A DNA stretch of 61,993 bases, filler included, from Dugesia japonica (lineage: Eukaryota): assembly GCA_001938525.1 (NCBI GenBank). It is 6 parts of 6 records of this genome, joined end to end, with 100 filler letters (N's around TTAATTAATTAA, not from the genome) between each part and the next. Parts side by side here need not be neighbours in the genome. Positions count along the whole stretch, not along the records: positions 20,843 to 30,313 come from MQRL01608849.1; positions 30,414 to 43,999 come from MQRL01634635.1; 4 more parts are not named here. The stretch is one strand, 5' to 3'. This document shows, piece after piece, positions 24,911 to 37,362 of the stretch. The stretch's first letter is position 1, and each line of letters starts with the position of its first letter. The notes below the pieces were generated by a model. It was not told the origin of the DNA and made no database searches. It saw only the letters and a program-made list of their open reading frames with translations. A program made the position numbers and the translations under genes.

Positions 24911-27900
24911 ATAACTTGTGATATTACTCTAAGAAATAGTTCATGTCTTAGAAAATTTTTCAATTTAATTTAAATAATTTGTTAAAATTTAAAGAAATTT
25001 TAATTTAAAAAATTATCTTTTAATAAATTGTATTTTATAGATTTTTTATAATTAAAAAAATAAAATATTTTTAAAATATATTTTTATATTAAATTTTAAG
25101 TATTTTAAGGCATGAAATTACTTGTTCAAATATTATAAATAAATCCTTTTCTACATCTTGTGTTAAGTTTAAGGATAAATAAATAAATTTTTTGAATGGA
25201 AAGTTTTGAAAATATCGTGAATATCAACTTCTTTGAATTCATAATTTGTTTAAGTTACGTATTTCGTATAAATTCTTTAATGATTACCTGGTGTAATAAG
25301 GAATTTGAAAGTTTATTTGATTCTGTTAAAACCGTAACCGAAAATTTTGGTTTTTTACGTTACCTACGGAATACTCACTGTTAGCATAGGCTGGTTACCG
25401 TTCTACTGAAATTCTAGAATTTGAAACCGCAAAAATAAATATTAATGTGCTTTTTTTAAATGACATTTCATATCTGTAAAGTTGCGCATAATTTAAATAA
25501 TTTTCAAAAATGATTTATTTTTAAATACTACATTAAAATATTTACTGCAGTGATTTTTGCCAATAATAAAATTTCTTTAGCTTTCAAAACAATATAATAT
25601 AATTAAAAATATTAGAAATTATTAGAAAAGTTGTTTAAATCGGGATTTTCCCAAACTATGTTCACAGGAGTAGGTGTTTCTACGAAAACATGGAATGTTT
25701 TTTGTATACATTCAAATATGTTCTACCGAAAGATGAATGATAATCAATTTCCATTGATGATATAATCTCAAAATCAGAGTATAGGCGGAAGTTCTGGAAT
25801 AGAAATTGAATACGGTATTAAAAACTAACAAATTTCTATTGTTAATGGTGAAAGACTATCTTTTCTCAGTGCCTGCATGTGAAAAAGAAGAGATTTATTA
25901 TTTTTACTTGATGGTTCACAGGTCTTGTTATGTTTTAAAATAATTACGAAATAAACAATTAGCGTTTTTTCTCGTTTTCGAAAGTTTATTATTACGTATA
26001 ATTTGCACTTTAAAAAAAAATATACTGTTAAAATTTCAGGATTAGAGCGACGTTTTATATTGCAAAAAGTTTTGGAAATTCTGTTTTAATTAATGAATTA
26101 CGCGTATTCAATGAGTCCAAATATACAGAGCCATCTTTCAAGCTAGAAAATTATTAAATGTGTCTTGGTTTGGTCAACATAATACTTCTGAAAAAAACAA
26201 AAAGATAAGATGACGCTAAGAAATTACCGTTGAAATTTGGGACCCTAATTTAGTTCTTCCATCTTAGGCTAGTTGTTCTTGGAGTCATTGCAATTTAGCT
26301 CTGAAGTCTCCATTTTTTTGGCTTGCCCGTTATGAATTTCCATTTTTTTTCGACTAGTCTATACATTTTCTGATTGAAAGAAGTGCAAATTTTCTTATGA
26401 AATTAGCCCAGAGACCAACCTGTTTGAGGATTGTCTCATTTTTCTATACACCAGAATTCCAGGCACTATACTGAGAGAGTCTCAATCAGGTTTTTTTAAG
26501 TTGGTAGACCTTTCTGCAAATCATGAGAAGAACACCATTATACAATTGAACACTATAATCAAATTTATTTAGAGGAATGTTGAGATTCACAAAGGCTGCT
26601 ACGAAACCACTATCAAATTATGTAATCTCAATTACACAAAAACTAAGACAATGAAATTTCCCATAATTTACGCAACTCGCATACTTTTGTAATACTGGAC
26701 TTATTGTAGCCCTGTACATAAATAACATAACATTACCAAATCTATTTGTATTAAAAATGTCCAAGAATAAATCATTAAGAAATATTGTTTTATTTATTAT
26801 AGAGTTACGACAAAAATTAACTTGTTTCTATCAATTCATCTCAGCGTACTTTTAATTACAGAAAACTTTAAGTCTAAATATAAATTTTCTATTAAAATTG
26901 TCTATTGCAAATATAAAGAAAAATTTAAGATTTAGTAAAACATTTTTTAAAAACGTTCTTTGAAAACAAATAAAACTGCCGATATTAATAGTTGTTTCAC
27001 TATGTATTAGAAAATATTGTTCTTGTTTCGGATTATTTCTTTTCATTGAAACAATTATGAAAGTGAATTATAAAAAAAACGTAAACACATGCATGTTTCT
27101 TTGAATAGCAAATTTCTTAGAATGCAACACTACTGATTAATTGTAATGTGAATTGGAGTAATTATATTATTTTTTTAGAAATCCAATTTAAAACGACGCC
27201 GTTGTATGTAAGCAATTCTTAGAACTAATTTTGTTATTTACGATTTTTTTGTAAGATATTAATAACATTGAAGTCGGTAATGTATTATTTTTCTGAAATT
27301 ATCTGCAATTTTTCATCNNNNNNNNNNNNNNNNNNNNNNNNNNNNNNNNNNNNNNNNNNNNNNNNNNAATCATAATGATTTTAAATATTATGTGTAGAAG
27401 CAGAATTTTATCTGTTATAAATTTGCTATAATTTTATTTGTTCAGGTGTATTTGGTTGTATGGAGAAAAATTTTCTTTCGATCTTTCTTTTCTAATAACC
27501 TTACTTCTATGATATTTATAGATTAGAAAAATATCATGTTTTAGAATAAATAATATTCTTCAGTTCTTTTTATTATCGCCTAAAATACTAAATATGGAAA
27601 ATAGATGTGATTTGTTTGATTTTTTTATAATTTGCGTATAAAATTGTGGTTTGATTTTCTAGAATCTCAAGCATCATTCTTAAATGATGAAGAATTCATT
27701 GATTTAATTATAGATTTCTATTTTTTTTAATTTTCAAATTAACTCGAAATTTTTAAAGCATTGAATTTCATGAAAAAAAATTTAAATTTACTTAAATTAT
27801 TAAAACATTTATTTATTTCATTTCATTTTTCATTGTGTTTATTATCGTTAATCAAAAATATCAATATAAATCTAATCTTTCAGTGTTTTCTATTGATTTT

Positions 27901-28930
27901 CACGTTTTTACCGAATAACTATTTGTATATTTTAATAAATATCGCGTGTTCAATAAACGCACTAGATTTTGGATTCGATCGTTCAAATTATTTCGCGTCT
28001 TTTTGTTAAAACTGTCAATTCTTCGATTTCGAACAAAATTTATTATTCGTAGAAAATGCATATTTTTAACAATTTTTTTTTGACAGTGAAATATTTCAAA
28101 ATAATCGATTTATATTTTCAGAATTTATAATTGAAATTAAAATAAAAATCTTGAAAAATATATGCATAGAGAAAATAAAATTAATTCGATAAAAGTTATT
28201 TGTATCGGATAAATTATTGTGATGTATTATTTGAAATGATTTTTAAATTAGCTATTTTAAAGCAAATAAAAGTAGAGTGTGACTTATAGAAATTTTTGCA
28301 ATTGTCTTTTTTTTTAAAATAACTANTTTTGATTAATTCAACTGTTTTTGTGACTATATTTTTGACTGAAATATTTTCCTAATCATTAGTAATATTATTT
28401 ATGAAAATGGGTAAAAAAAGAAATTTCATTATATTTAATATACATAAGAGTTTTGAAAGCGTAATACGATAAGAAAAATGTTATCCAGCTATATTTTATT
28501 GGATTAGTTTTCTAGATCCAAAATGGATATTTGAGTTTTTATTTATGATGGCTAATAATGTTGACGATAACGAAACAATCATAAACTGAAGTGGTTGATT
28601 TTTTGATCATTTTTTCTATATTTATATTTTATAATATAATTTGTATATTCATTATTATATTTATTTATTAATTTTATTATTAATATATTGATTTTAATTG
28701 GTTAATATTTCAAAGTTTTTTTTAATTTTTTGAAATATTTGTTAAATGGATTTCTTTTATTACTTTATGATTGTTATCTTTAAAAATTTCTTTTTTTTCT
28801 TATTAAAATTACTGCTTTGTAATAATCAATTTGCAGAAATGTAACTTATAATTTATCTATGGAATTTAAAATAGATTGTATGATTTTTTTTTGAAAGGGT
28901 CACATTATCTTTTTTATTTTTCGATTCTAG

Positions 28931-29036
28931 CCCGAAAATCTTTTACTATCCAGCAAATCTAAGAACGCTAGAGTTAAGTTAGCTGATTTTGGATTAGCTG
29001 TTGAAATGAAAGAGAATGAGGAAGCGTCCTGGCTTG
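28931..29036 (+). CDS. CAMK2: CaMKII kinase-domain exon (106 nt)
   Basis: ttctag| ... |gttagt; translates [35 protein letters not shown](G). Phase is compatible with both flanking exons. Confidence 0.93.
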
Positions 29037-29328
29037 GTTAGTTTTAGAGAAAAAAACTGTTGTATCTTTGTTTTTTTCTGTTGTTATGGTAATTTGGTAA
29101 ATTAATATTTATGCCGAATGTTGTTGTGGGATTGATTTTTATTATTTATTTGTGTTGATATGAAATTTATAACATTGCTTTAATTTGCTCTTTCTACTTT
29201 TTAAAAAAAANNNNNNNNNNNNNNNNNNATGAAATTTATTTGACATGCTTATTGGCATTAACTGCATTTATTTATTAACAAAATACCTTTCTTAGTTCTT
29301 TATATTATCAATGAAATTTTAAATTTAA

Positions 29329-29421
<93 letters not shown>

Positions 29422-30313
29422 TAGTTGAAGAGATTATTTTATTGATTCTGAAAATAAATAAATTATTAGTATTTTTAATAATGATTTCACAGTTTTGTCA
29501 AAATTATAAATCTAGCTATAAAAATTATAAAGTAATTGCATGAAAACAAAAATCGAAAAATCATTTTGTGAAAAACATAGATGTTTTATTGTAAAATTAC
29601 TGTAAAAGTATAATTAAAAACAGAATTAAAAAAGGATTTTTTTTAAACTCTTATTTTCATTTTATCTAAAACTTTGATCAATGATAAGAAATTTTCACCG
29701 TTAAGAAATTTAATTTTTATAAGATAATTTGATTTATTTGAAAATTTTTGCCTGCGTAAATAAGATATAACTTATTTTTATTGTATTAAAAACCACTTTA
29801 TTTATTATTATTATTGAATATTATTAATTTACGAATATTTTTAATTCTAATAAATATTATAATACACTGGGATTTCAATTTTAGTCATAGATGGTTTTAT
29901 ATCTTAAAATTAAAAATGAAAATCGTAAAATGTTTGAATATCTTAAGAAATACATTTTTGATTTTCATTGATATAAATTAAATTAAAATTGATTTAAATT
30001 AAAATTCTTCAGAACAATTTTACCAAAAAAATTGTATATAAACAAATAATCGTGTAAACTAAACAGTTTAAATTTACCGAAAATTGAAACGTTTTCTTTC
30101 ATGCTTTAAATCTTGGATGCGTGGAATTTTAGATAATAAAAACTAGGGTTTCTTCCCGGGATTTCCCGTTCTCGATTTCTCGGGAAATTTACCAAAAATT
30201 TCATTTTCGATTTCCCGGAAAACGAAAGGTCATTCCCAGAAAATTTAATTAACACTTAATCTTAAAGATAAATAAGAAAAATATAAAAATGTGTTAGAAA
30301 AAATTTAATTTAA

Positions 30314-30413
30314 NNNNNNNNNNNNNNNNNNNNNNNNNNNNNNNNNNNNNNNNNNNNTTAATTAATTAANNNNNNNNNNNNNNNNNNNNNNNNNNNNNNN
30401 NNNNNNNNNNNNN
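30314..30413. other. Artificial contig-joining spacer
   Basis: N44-TTAATTAATTAA-N44. Confidence 0.95.
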
Positions 30414-31485
30414 ATTGTGTATAATGAAATTTCAGGAAGACCCTGTTTAAAGTTAAAATTAAATAACGAATTAAATGTTGATTGTTTACTTGATAATGGC
30501 GCTTAGAATAATATGATTGATCACGCAATATTTTTAAAATGAAATATTGCTAAAATTAAAAGTGAATTAATTAAAGAGAATTAATGTTACTTGTGCTAAT
30601 GAAAATCAACAAAAATAATAGGAAGTATTATATTATAAATTAAACTTAATAATCAAACAGAATATATAAAGTTTTATGTTGCAGAAAATATTTCTCCCAG
30701 TGTTATTGCAGGAATCGATTTTTTATTTAAATTTAATATAAAATTAAAAATGCTAAATTATATTAATAAAGAAATATTGGAAATAAAAACTATGAACTTT
30801 AAAAATAAATAATTCATTTTTTAAAAAAACAATTTTAACTATTGATCTGTCAAATAAATGAATACATAATTTTATTTAAAATAAAAATTTTTTAAAAGCA
30901 AAATATCAAAATTGTTGTTATTTTTTTAATAATAACCAATGAAAATTAGATTTAATCAAATTTATTTCATTTCAGTTGTTATTTCAAAGTTTATTATCAG
31001 AATTTACTGAACTTTTGTTTCTGAAGATGGGATAGCCGAAATATTGAAAAAAAGAACAACAATTTTGATCTTTTGCTTTTAAAACATTATATTTTTAAAG
31101 AAATTTTTTATTCACTTATTTAAAAATGAAGTGAAAAAAAATATTAGTGATGTAATCGAACCAATTTCAGAAATTTTATGAAAGATAAATGGGATGTAGG
31201 TTAGACAACACTATTAAAACATGAAATTGTTACCCATGGTGGTCCAGTTGTAGTAAGTTCTATTCGGCAACCTATTCATTTAGAAAATAAAATTAATAAG
31301 GCTATTTTAGAAATGAATGAAAAAAGTATAATTAAACAATGTGATTCTGAGTGGAATAGTTCATTAGTTTGTGTTTGGAAGAAAGAGAAAAAAGACATTA
31401 AAATATGCTTGGATTTTAGATTATTGAATAATATAACGGAGAGACCATTGTTCCCAATANCAAATATAGGATAAATGCTTGNNNT
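30414..31485 (+). pseudogene. Degenerate Ty3/gypsy protease-RT fragment
   Basis: CLLDNGA protease motif at ~30483; HEIVTHGGPV...CDSEWNSSLVCVWKKEKKDIKICLDFRLLN (RT N-terminus) at ~31220-31460. Confidence 0.8.
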
Positions 31486-33044
31486 GATTAATCTAATGTT
31501 TGATTTCCGGCTACATCAAAGTTTAATATTGGTAGTATTTAAAAGTTGTGAAAATATTGTTAAATTAATTATTATTATTATTATTTTAACATTTTATGCA
31601 CACTTTAGATCAGGCATTTGAAACTTAGTAGTGACAAATAGCCGGAAAATAGATATTACATCAAATCGCGGGCCTAATTTTTAACTTGAATTTAAAAACA
31701 GTATAAAGAAAAAAGTTTTGAAATTAATATAGGAGCCGAACACAATCAAGTAGAGGTCCGTACGTTGCATATTTCTGCTTTAGATCGATAGATGGATAGA
31801 TAGATTCACTTGTACTAAATTAACTTGCTAATGATGTATTTATATGAAAATAATTTCAATATTTTATTTAATTGTGATTCTGAAAAATTTATTTAAAAGA
31901 TTTTCCTAAAACACTTACTTTCAATAATTTTCAAAGATTTCGTTGACCGTTATAGGGCGACATGTCATCAATGTGATTATTGCATTATTTAAGTAAGATA
32001 TAAACTAGTCTTTGAAACTACAGTTGCAGTTGTAAACAATAAATAATGTAATAATAATAAAGTCAACTTCTATTATTATACATACTGAAAATATTTTAAT
32101 ATGATAAGTTGATAACAAGTAACAAAACATTGAAAAATAATCGGACACGTAGTCGGAGTATGCAGGCAGGCAAAGAAGATCCTCGCACCGGTACTGATAA
32201 ATAATATTAATAAATAAATAATGGACCATTTATTAATTATTTCAACAAAATTGGGGAGTGGGTTTGAAGTAGTTTGACAATTGTTGACAAAAACAAAGAG
32301 TGTCTAAGATAAATTGACGCCAATAATTTTTTTGCAGTAAATTTTAAAAATATTTTAAAAAAAGTAAACATTTGTTGACATAATTTTATTAAAAGAATCA
32401 TTGAAATTTCAATAGTTGTTGACAAGGAAAAGGGAGGTTGAAATATGNCTTTAAAATTTTTAACATAATATTTGCCTTTAATATAAATAATATTAATAAT
32501 TGTTTTACAATTGCAATTATTGCGAGAATAATTGTTGGACTTAACCATTAATCGTTTTAAAGAATTCATTTAATATAAAAGCTTTGATCAAAATTTAGNN
32601 NNNNNNNNNNNNNNNNNNNNNNNNNNNNNNNNNNNNNNNNNNNNNNNNNNNNNNNNNNNNNNNNNNNNNNNNNNNNNNNNNNNNNNNNNNNNNNNNNNNN
32701 NNNNNNNNNNNNNNNNNNNNNNNNNNNNNNNNNNNNNNNNNNNNAAAATTAATTATTGCTTATTACTAATAATAAGTTGTTAGCTGTAAAACAGTAAATA
32801 ACAAAAATTGAAAATTATTTAAATCATAACCAATTTATTAATTTATCGAAATACAAAATAATATGAACTCAAATATAAGTAAAAAAAACAAATGAAAAAC
32901 ATTCATTCATGCTATAAAAGAATACGTCAAATATATTGACAAAAACATTTTAAGTTTGAACAAATGAAATTTCTTGTTTACAATTCTTTTTTAAAACTAT
33001 TTGGAATGTTTTCTTAACGTTAATTAATTTTGATGATTCATTTA

Positions 33045-33611
33045 TTAACTCCCACGCCTGGGTAATTTAGAAACAGTTGGGGATATTTCTTTATCATCCG
33101 GTAGGATAACTTGTTCATTTTTATTTTGTTTACTATACTGTTTGGATTTTATATTTAAATTTAACTGATTTGTAGGAATTCTTGATTCGGTTCTTAATGA
33201 TTCTAATTGTCGAGAGATTATGCTACTATCTATTTCTTGAAATTGTGGTGTTGAAACTAAATTCTCTAAAATCTGTTTGGTATTTTCTATGTTTTGTATA
33301 CCTTGTAAAATCAATCTTATTTGATCAACAATTATTGAAATATAAAACATTATCATGGGTTCCATTGATTCAAGACCAATTAATGTTGATGCCAAAATAT
33401 TGGCTTCATCATTATTAGAAATTGAAGAATTTGAAGACAATTTCCAAAAATTCAACAACTTAATACTGGATTGTAATAGCAATTCAATAGAGTTTGTGGT
33501 TTCTGAAGTTCCATTATTTATTTCCAGAATTGTTTGTTTGATAAATTGTAAAAATCTGCTTGTTGTTTGATTTTCAACTTGCAACACGAGAGCCATAAAA
33601 TCAATTAACAA
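33045..33611 (-). CDS. Hypothetical protein (~183-188 aa, helical), family not recognised
   Basis: 567-nt stop-free frame in very AT-rich DNA; AATAAA overlaps the stop on the - strand; no TE motif seen. Confidence 0.5.
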   Translation of the reverse strand: MLIDFMALVLQVENQTTSRFLQFIKQTILEINNGTSETTNSIELLLQSSIKLLNFWKLSSNSSISNNDEANILASTLIGLESMEPMIMFYISIIVDQIRLILQGIQNIENTKQILENLVSTPQFQEIDSSIISRQLESLRTESRIPTNQLNLNIKSKQYSKQNKNEQVILPDDKEISPTVSKLPRRGS

Positions 33612-34149
33612 TATTTATTTATTTATTAGTAATAATATTTTAATGAATTTGAAATATTAAGTGTATTTTTTATATAATTATATTATACATAAAATTCAAT
33701 ATACTGTTAACAGTTTTATAAGCTTTTAATCTTATCTATAATAAAAAAGTGTGTATTTATGTGTGTGCTTCGTATGTATTATTTTTTCTAACCTTATTTG
33801 ACAATATAATCACTTATTAAACTTTTAGTAAGTTTTTATGCATATAAATCTATTTTACTATAAATTATAGGTGGCAGCCAATCAGAATACAATAAATTAT
33901 TATAAGGTTAGCATTATAATGCACTTTCCACTTATTAAACTTTTAACGGTAAATCAGTTTTCATATACTTAAAAATAAAAAACTTTCATTAATATTTTTT
34001 TATTCATGATGTTTTTATTATTGTTATGATATAGATTTTGAAGAAACTGACACTTTTTTGGATTAATTCCCATACCAGCCTTCACTATTTTCATCTATAC
34101 TCGGTTAATTACTTCATAATATTGATCTTTATTGTTTCTAAATATAGGA

Positions 34150-34720
34150 ATGTCATCTATATATACCATGGCTTAATTAATTCCGCCTACAACTTTCGCC
34201 AATCTCTCTTGAAATGTGCCTGGTGTCGCTACAATGCCAAATGTCATTCTATAAGTATAATATAGTCCATGTTTCTTTGAAAACACCGTTTTATCTGGAG
34301 ATTCTTCTTTAAACTCTACTCGATAGAAAACATGTCCAAAATTATTTGAACTGAAGTATTTTGATTCATCTAATTTCTCTAGCAATTTATAAACGTTAGG
34401 AAGTAAAAAACTTGCCTTTTTGTTACTTCAGTCTGTAATCTAAGCATATTTTTATGTATTTCCCTTTCTTTTTAAACACAAATCAGTTGAGTATTCAACG
34501 GAGAGTTACATTTCCGTATAATATTATTTTCATACAAGTTTTGGATAGTTTCTTTAATTTTAGCATCTAAGTTCATTGGTTGTCTGTATTTGTGCATCTT
34601 ACATAACATCTTTTTTTATTTTCTGTTTATTTGATTAACTTTTGATCGACTTTAATCATTAGAGTATTTATCTATGGGCGAAACAAATTAACAAATTAAT
34701 CCTATTATGATCGATAATCA
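34150..34720 (-). pseudogene. Ty3/gypsy RT fragment
   Basis: KTVFSKKHGLYYTYRMTFGIVATPGTFQE, plus upstream SPLNTQLICV and downstream YIDDI remnants. Confidence 0.8.
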
Positions 34721-35236
34721 AATTTTAGAAGACATTTGAAAAGAGGAAAATACTTTATACAAATATCTAGGAATCCAAAAAAGACATATGATTGTCTATA
34801 ACCTACTATAAAGAAGTGTAACTTTGTAATGGAAATAATTAATAAAAGCATTTTCCTCCCTTGACAAAAATTGATGGCTACACAAGAAATTATTACTTTT
34901 TTTCAGAATATATAAAACAGTAATTTCAAATTTTAAATTCTCACTAAAATAAATTCTTGGAGGAGACCCACATTGGAAATTAAAAATTATCGTAAAATAT
35001 CAACTTGGAAATCAGATCTAAAACCATTGTTGGGGTTCCACCTGAGTTGGGTGATAAGAAAAGACGGCTGGGGGAAAAACAGCCCTCAGGGGAACCCATT
35101 CAATGAATACCAAGGGCAGCGAGCTATAACACCTATTTACCAAGCTCCAAAGGATGGTAATCTAAAAGACAGAAAAGACACCCTCAAAGAAACGATAAGA
35201 TCAGGCCCAAGATCATACAATCAACAATGGCACACA

Positions 35237-36618
35237 ACTTCTACAGTGCTAATGTCCTCGGAACAGGATGAGACCATCCTTTTAATTAAAGGAAATTTGA
35301 TGTCAAAGTGTTGGCAAATCGTGTATAAAACAAACTTTAAAGGAATATTCGTGTCAGAACATCGAATAAAAACAGCGCAAGTCGCAGTAATGTCACAGAA
35401 TATTAAATTGCATCTATACGCCAATAATAAAATGGACAATTTGTTCCATCAGATGCAAGATACCATCGGACGAATGTACCACGATCTTATAAAAAATGAT
35501 TGCACATTAAATAAAGAAATAGTAAAGACAAAACTAGCAATGGCGGTTACGAATCCAGATAGTGTCACCCCACTGCTCCCCCTAGAAAAAGGACAATTCG
35601 GTCGTGTAGTAGGAGAAGTAATGTACCTATATAAATGCAAGGCCATAGATGCCGAGTTCTCGTCTAATCCAAAGAACTGCTACAACGAGATAGAAATCAT
35701 TCATAACAACGAGAAACGATACGTACAACCGATTACTCGAATCATATCACCACTGGGCTATAAGCCAAATATCATAAATTGTTCTAATGTATTTGGACCA
35801 CAATACATAATGACCGGCGGTTCATGGATAAGATTCCCTCAACGAATGGCAGTAGGGATCGAACCAAGAAAATTCTCCATGTTACGGTTAAATGGGGGCA
35901 TGCAATTTACTCCAATTGATGTAAACAAGGGGAAATTTACAGCAGGGAAGACCTAGAGAAAGCCAGGGAATATATGTTGTTTCCAGTCCGAAGGATGCAA
36001 ATCCTATCAAATATAGTACAATTAACCAGTGGAACTAACATAGATGGACGAGTTAATTACGATGCATTATTATCAGCAGAACACTTTTAAAAGGCCACAG
36101 AAAACGTCATGCGGAAAATGTGGGGACGATTCATCATATTTGGACAAGCAATGGCCGGGTTGTTGGGAGTTATGTTGATAATTTCGGTAACACGATTAGT
36201 GATTACTCAATTATTCGCATGTTTTGACATATGCAAAAAAGAGAAGAAGGTGAATTGGTAAATGGTTACGGGAATATTTCCATTTTTAGCCAAAACTATG
36301 GTACTTAACAGTCACTCTAAAGACATCGATAGAGTAAAACGATTTATTCGAAAACTCGGACAAATAAGAGGATCGGACAAAGAGGTCATAATGCAATTGA
36401 GGTTATTGTGCGAAGAAATGAGCAACGCAAAAAAGAAAATATCATATTTCAATCAATTCAAAGAAAGATTTAAAAGCAAGGATGGAAGTAGTAGCAGCAG
36501 CGACGATGATAGAGGAGAAAGCAGTGGAACACCACATGTACCCAGTTATAAAATCGCTATGGAATACGAGGCAGAGTTCAAAAGGCAACAATACGAAAAA
36601 ATCAGCAAAATGCAGTGA
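35237..36618 (+). pseudogene. Chuvirus-like (gB/class III-type) envelope glycoprotein, C-terminal half with TM and tail
   Basis: LYANNKM..MYHDLIKNDCTLNKEI..GRVVGEVMYLYKC..CYNEIEI..YVQPITRII..C. After a 1-nt frameshift at ~35930 it continues IYSREDLEKAREYMLFP..MWGRFIIFGQAMAGLLGVMLII (TM, ~36118-36225). Premature TAA at 36088 and 36259. Motif spacing recognised from chuviral G proteins; no search run. Confidence 0.82.
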
Positions 36619-36654
36619 CTGAAAAACGGAGGTAACGGAAACACACCAGCACAA

Positions 36655-37305
36655 ATGTATTACAACGCCTATCCACAATATGGTTGGCAACCCATGAACC
36701 AACCACCCCAACAGGTATGTGCACCAGGTCCCATGTACAACAGTCCGTATATAAGCCCACCACAAGCTCCCAATATGGCGCTATTAACAGAGAGTAATGT
36801 ATCAACCATGGACCGAAGAGTGACCGAACAAAACTTGCGCACTCCGAATAACCAAATTACTCAGGATAATAAGTTAGAAACACAGACTGTATGTATGATG
36901 ATTTCTCAGAAAGCAAAATTATTACAAAAACGGATAAAAATCGACGGAAGATGGGTAATAGCCATTATTGATACAGGAGCAAGTACGACGTTAGTCCACA
37001 AAAGAATATTAGAAGATTATCGACTACTTAGAATAACCATAACTAAAGGAGTTATCATCACGGCCGCTGGAGAAAAAGTCTCATCCGTTGGAGAAGCAAT
37101 ATGTGCGATAGAAAGTGACGGAATCTGTTTCTGGCATAAACTGCAAATAATGAACGAATTAACATTCGACTGTCTACTAGGATTAAACCTCTTGCCACGC
37201 CTTTGTCCTGAAGGGATATTGGATTTGAGAAAACTAACGATACAGGAAAATTACGACCAGGAATATGTCCCGGTAGGATACCAGAAAACTCGAATAATAA
37301 CCTAG
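36655..37305 (+). CDS. Pro/Gln-rich linker + retropepsin-like aspartic protease 1
   Basis: IKIDGRWVIAIIDTGASTT (DTG at 36970), ITAAGE flap and CLLGLNLL. Confidence 0.9.
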   Translation: MYYNAYPQYGWQPMNQPPQQVCAPGPMYNSPYISPPQAPNMALLTESNVSTMDRRVTEQNLRTPNNQITQDNKLETQTVCMMISQKAKLLQKRIKIDGRWVIAIIDTGASTTLVHKRILEDYRLLRITITKGVIITAAGEKVSSVGEAICAIESDGICFWHKLQIMNELTFDCLLGLNLLPRLCPEGILDLRKLTIQENYDQEYVPVGYQKTRIIT

Positions 37306-37362
37306 CAGAAACGACCCCGGCAATGGAATCAACCAACATCCAACTAGCTGCGGCAACGCCCA

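Noticed and set aside
34973-35236. N-terminus of ORF 34973 as the true glycoprotein start
   Set aside because: TTG start in flanking AT-rich DNA, no signal peptide; recognisable G similarity begins only near 35237.
35921-35945. Programmed -1 frameshift within the glycoprotein
   Set aside because: No in-frame X XXY YYZ heptamer, and it falls mid-ectodomain; a 1-nt deletion in a G-run is simpler.
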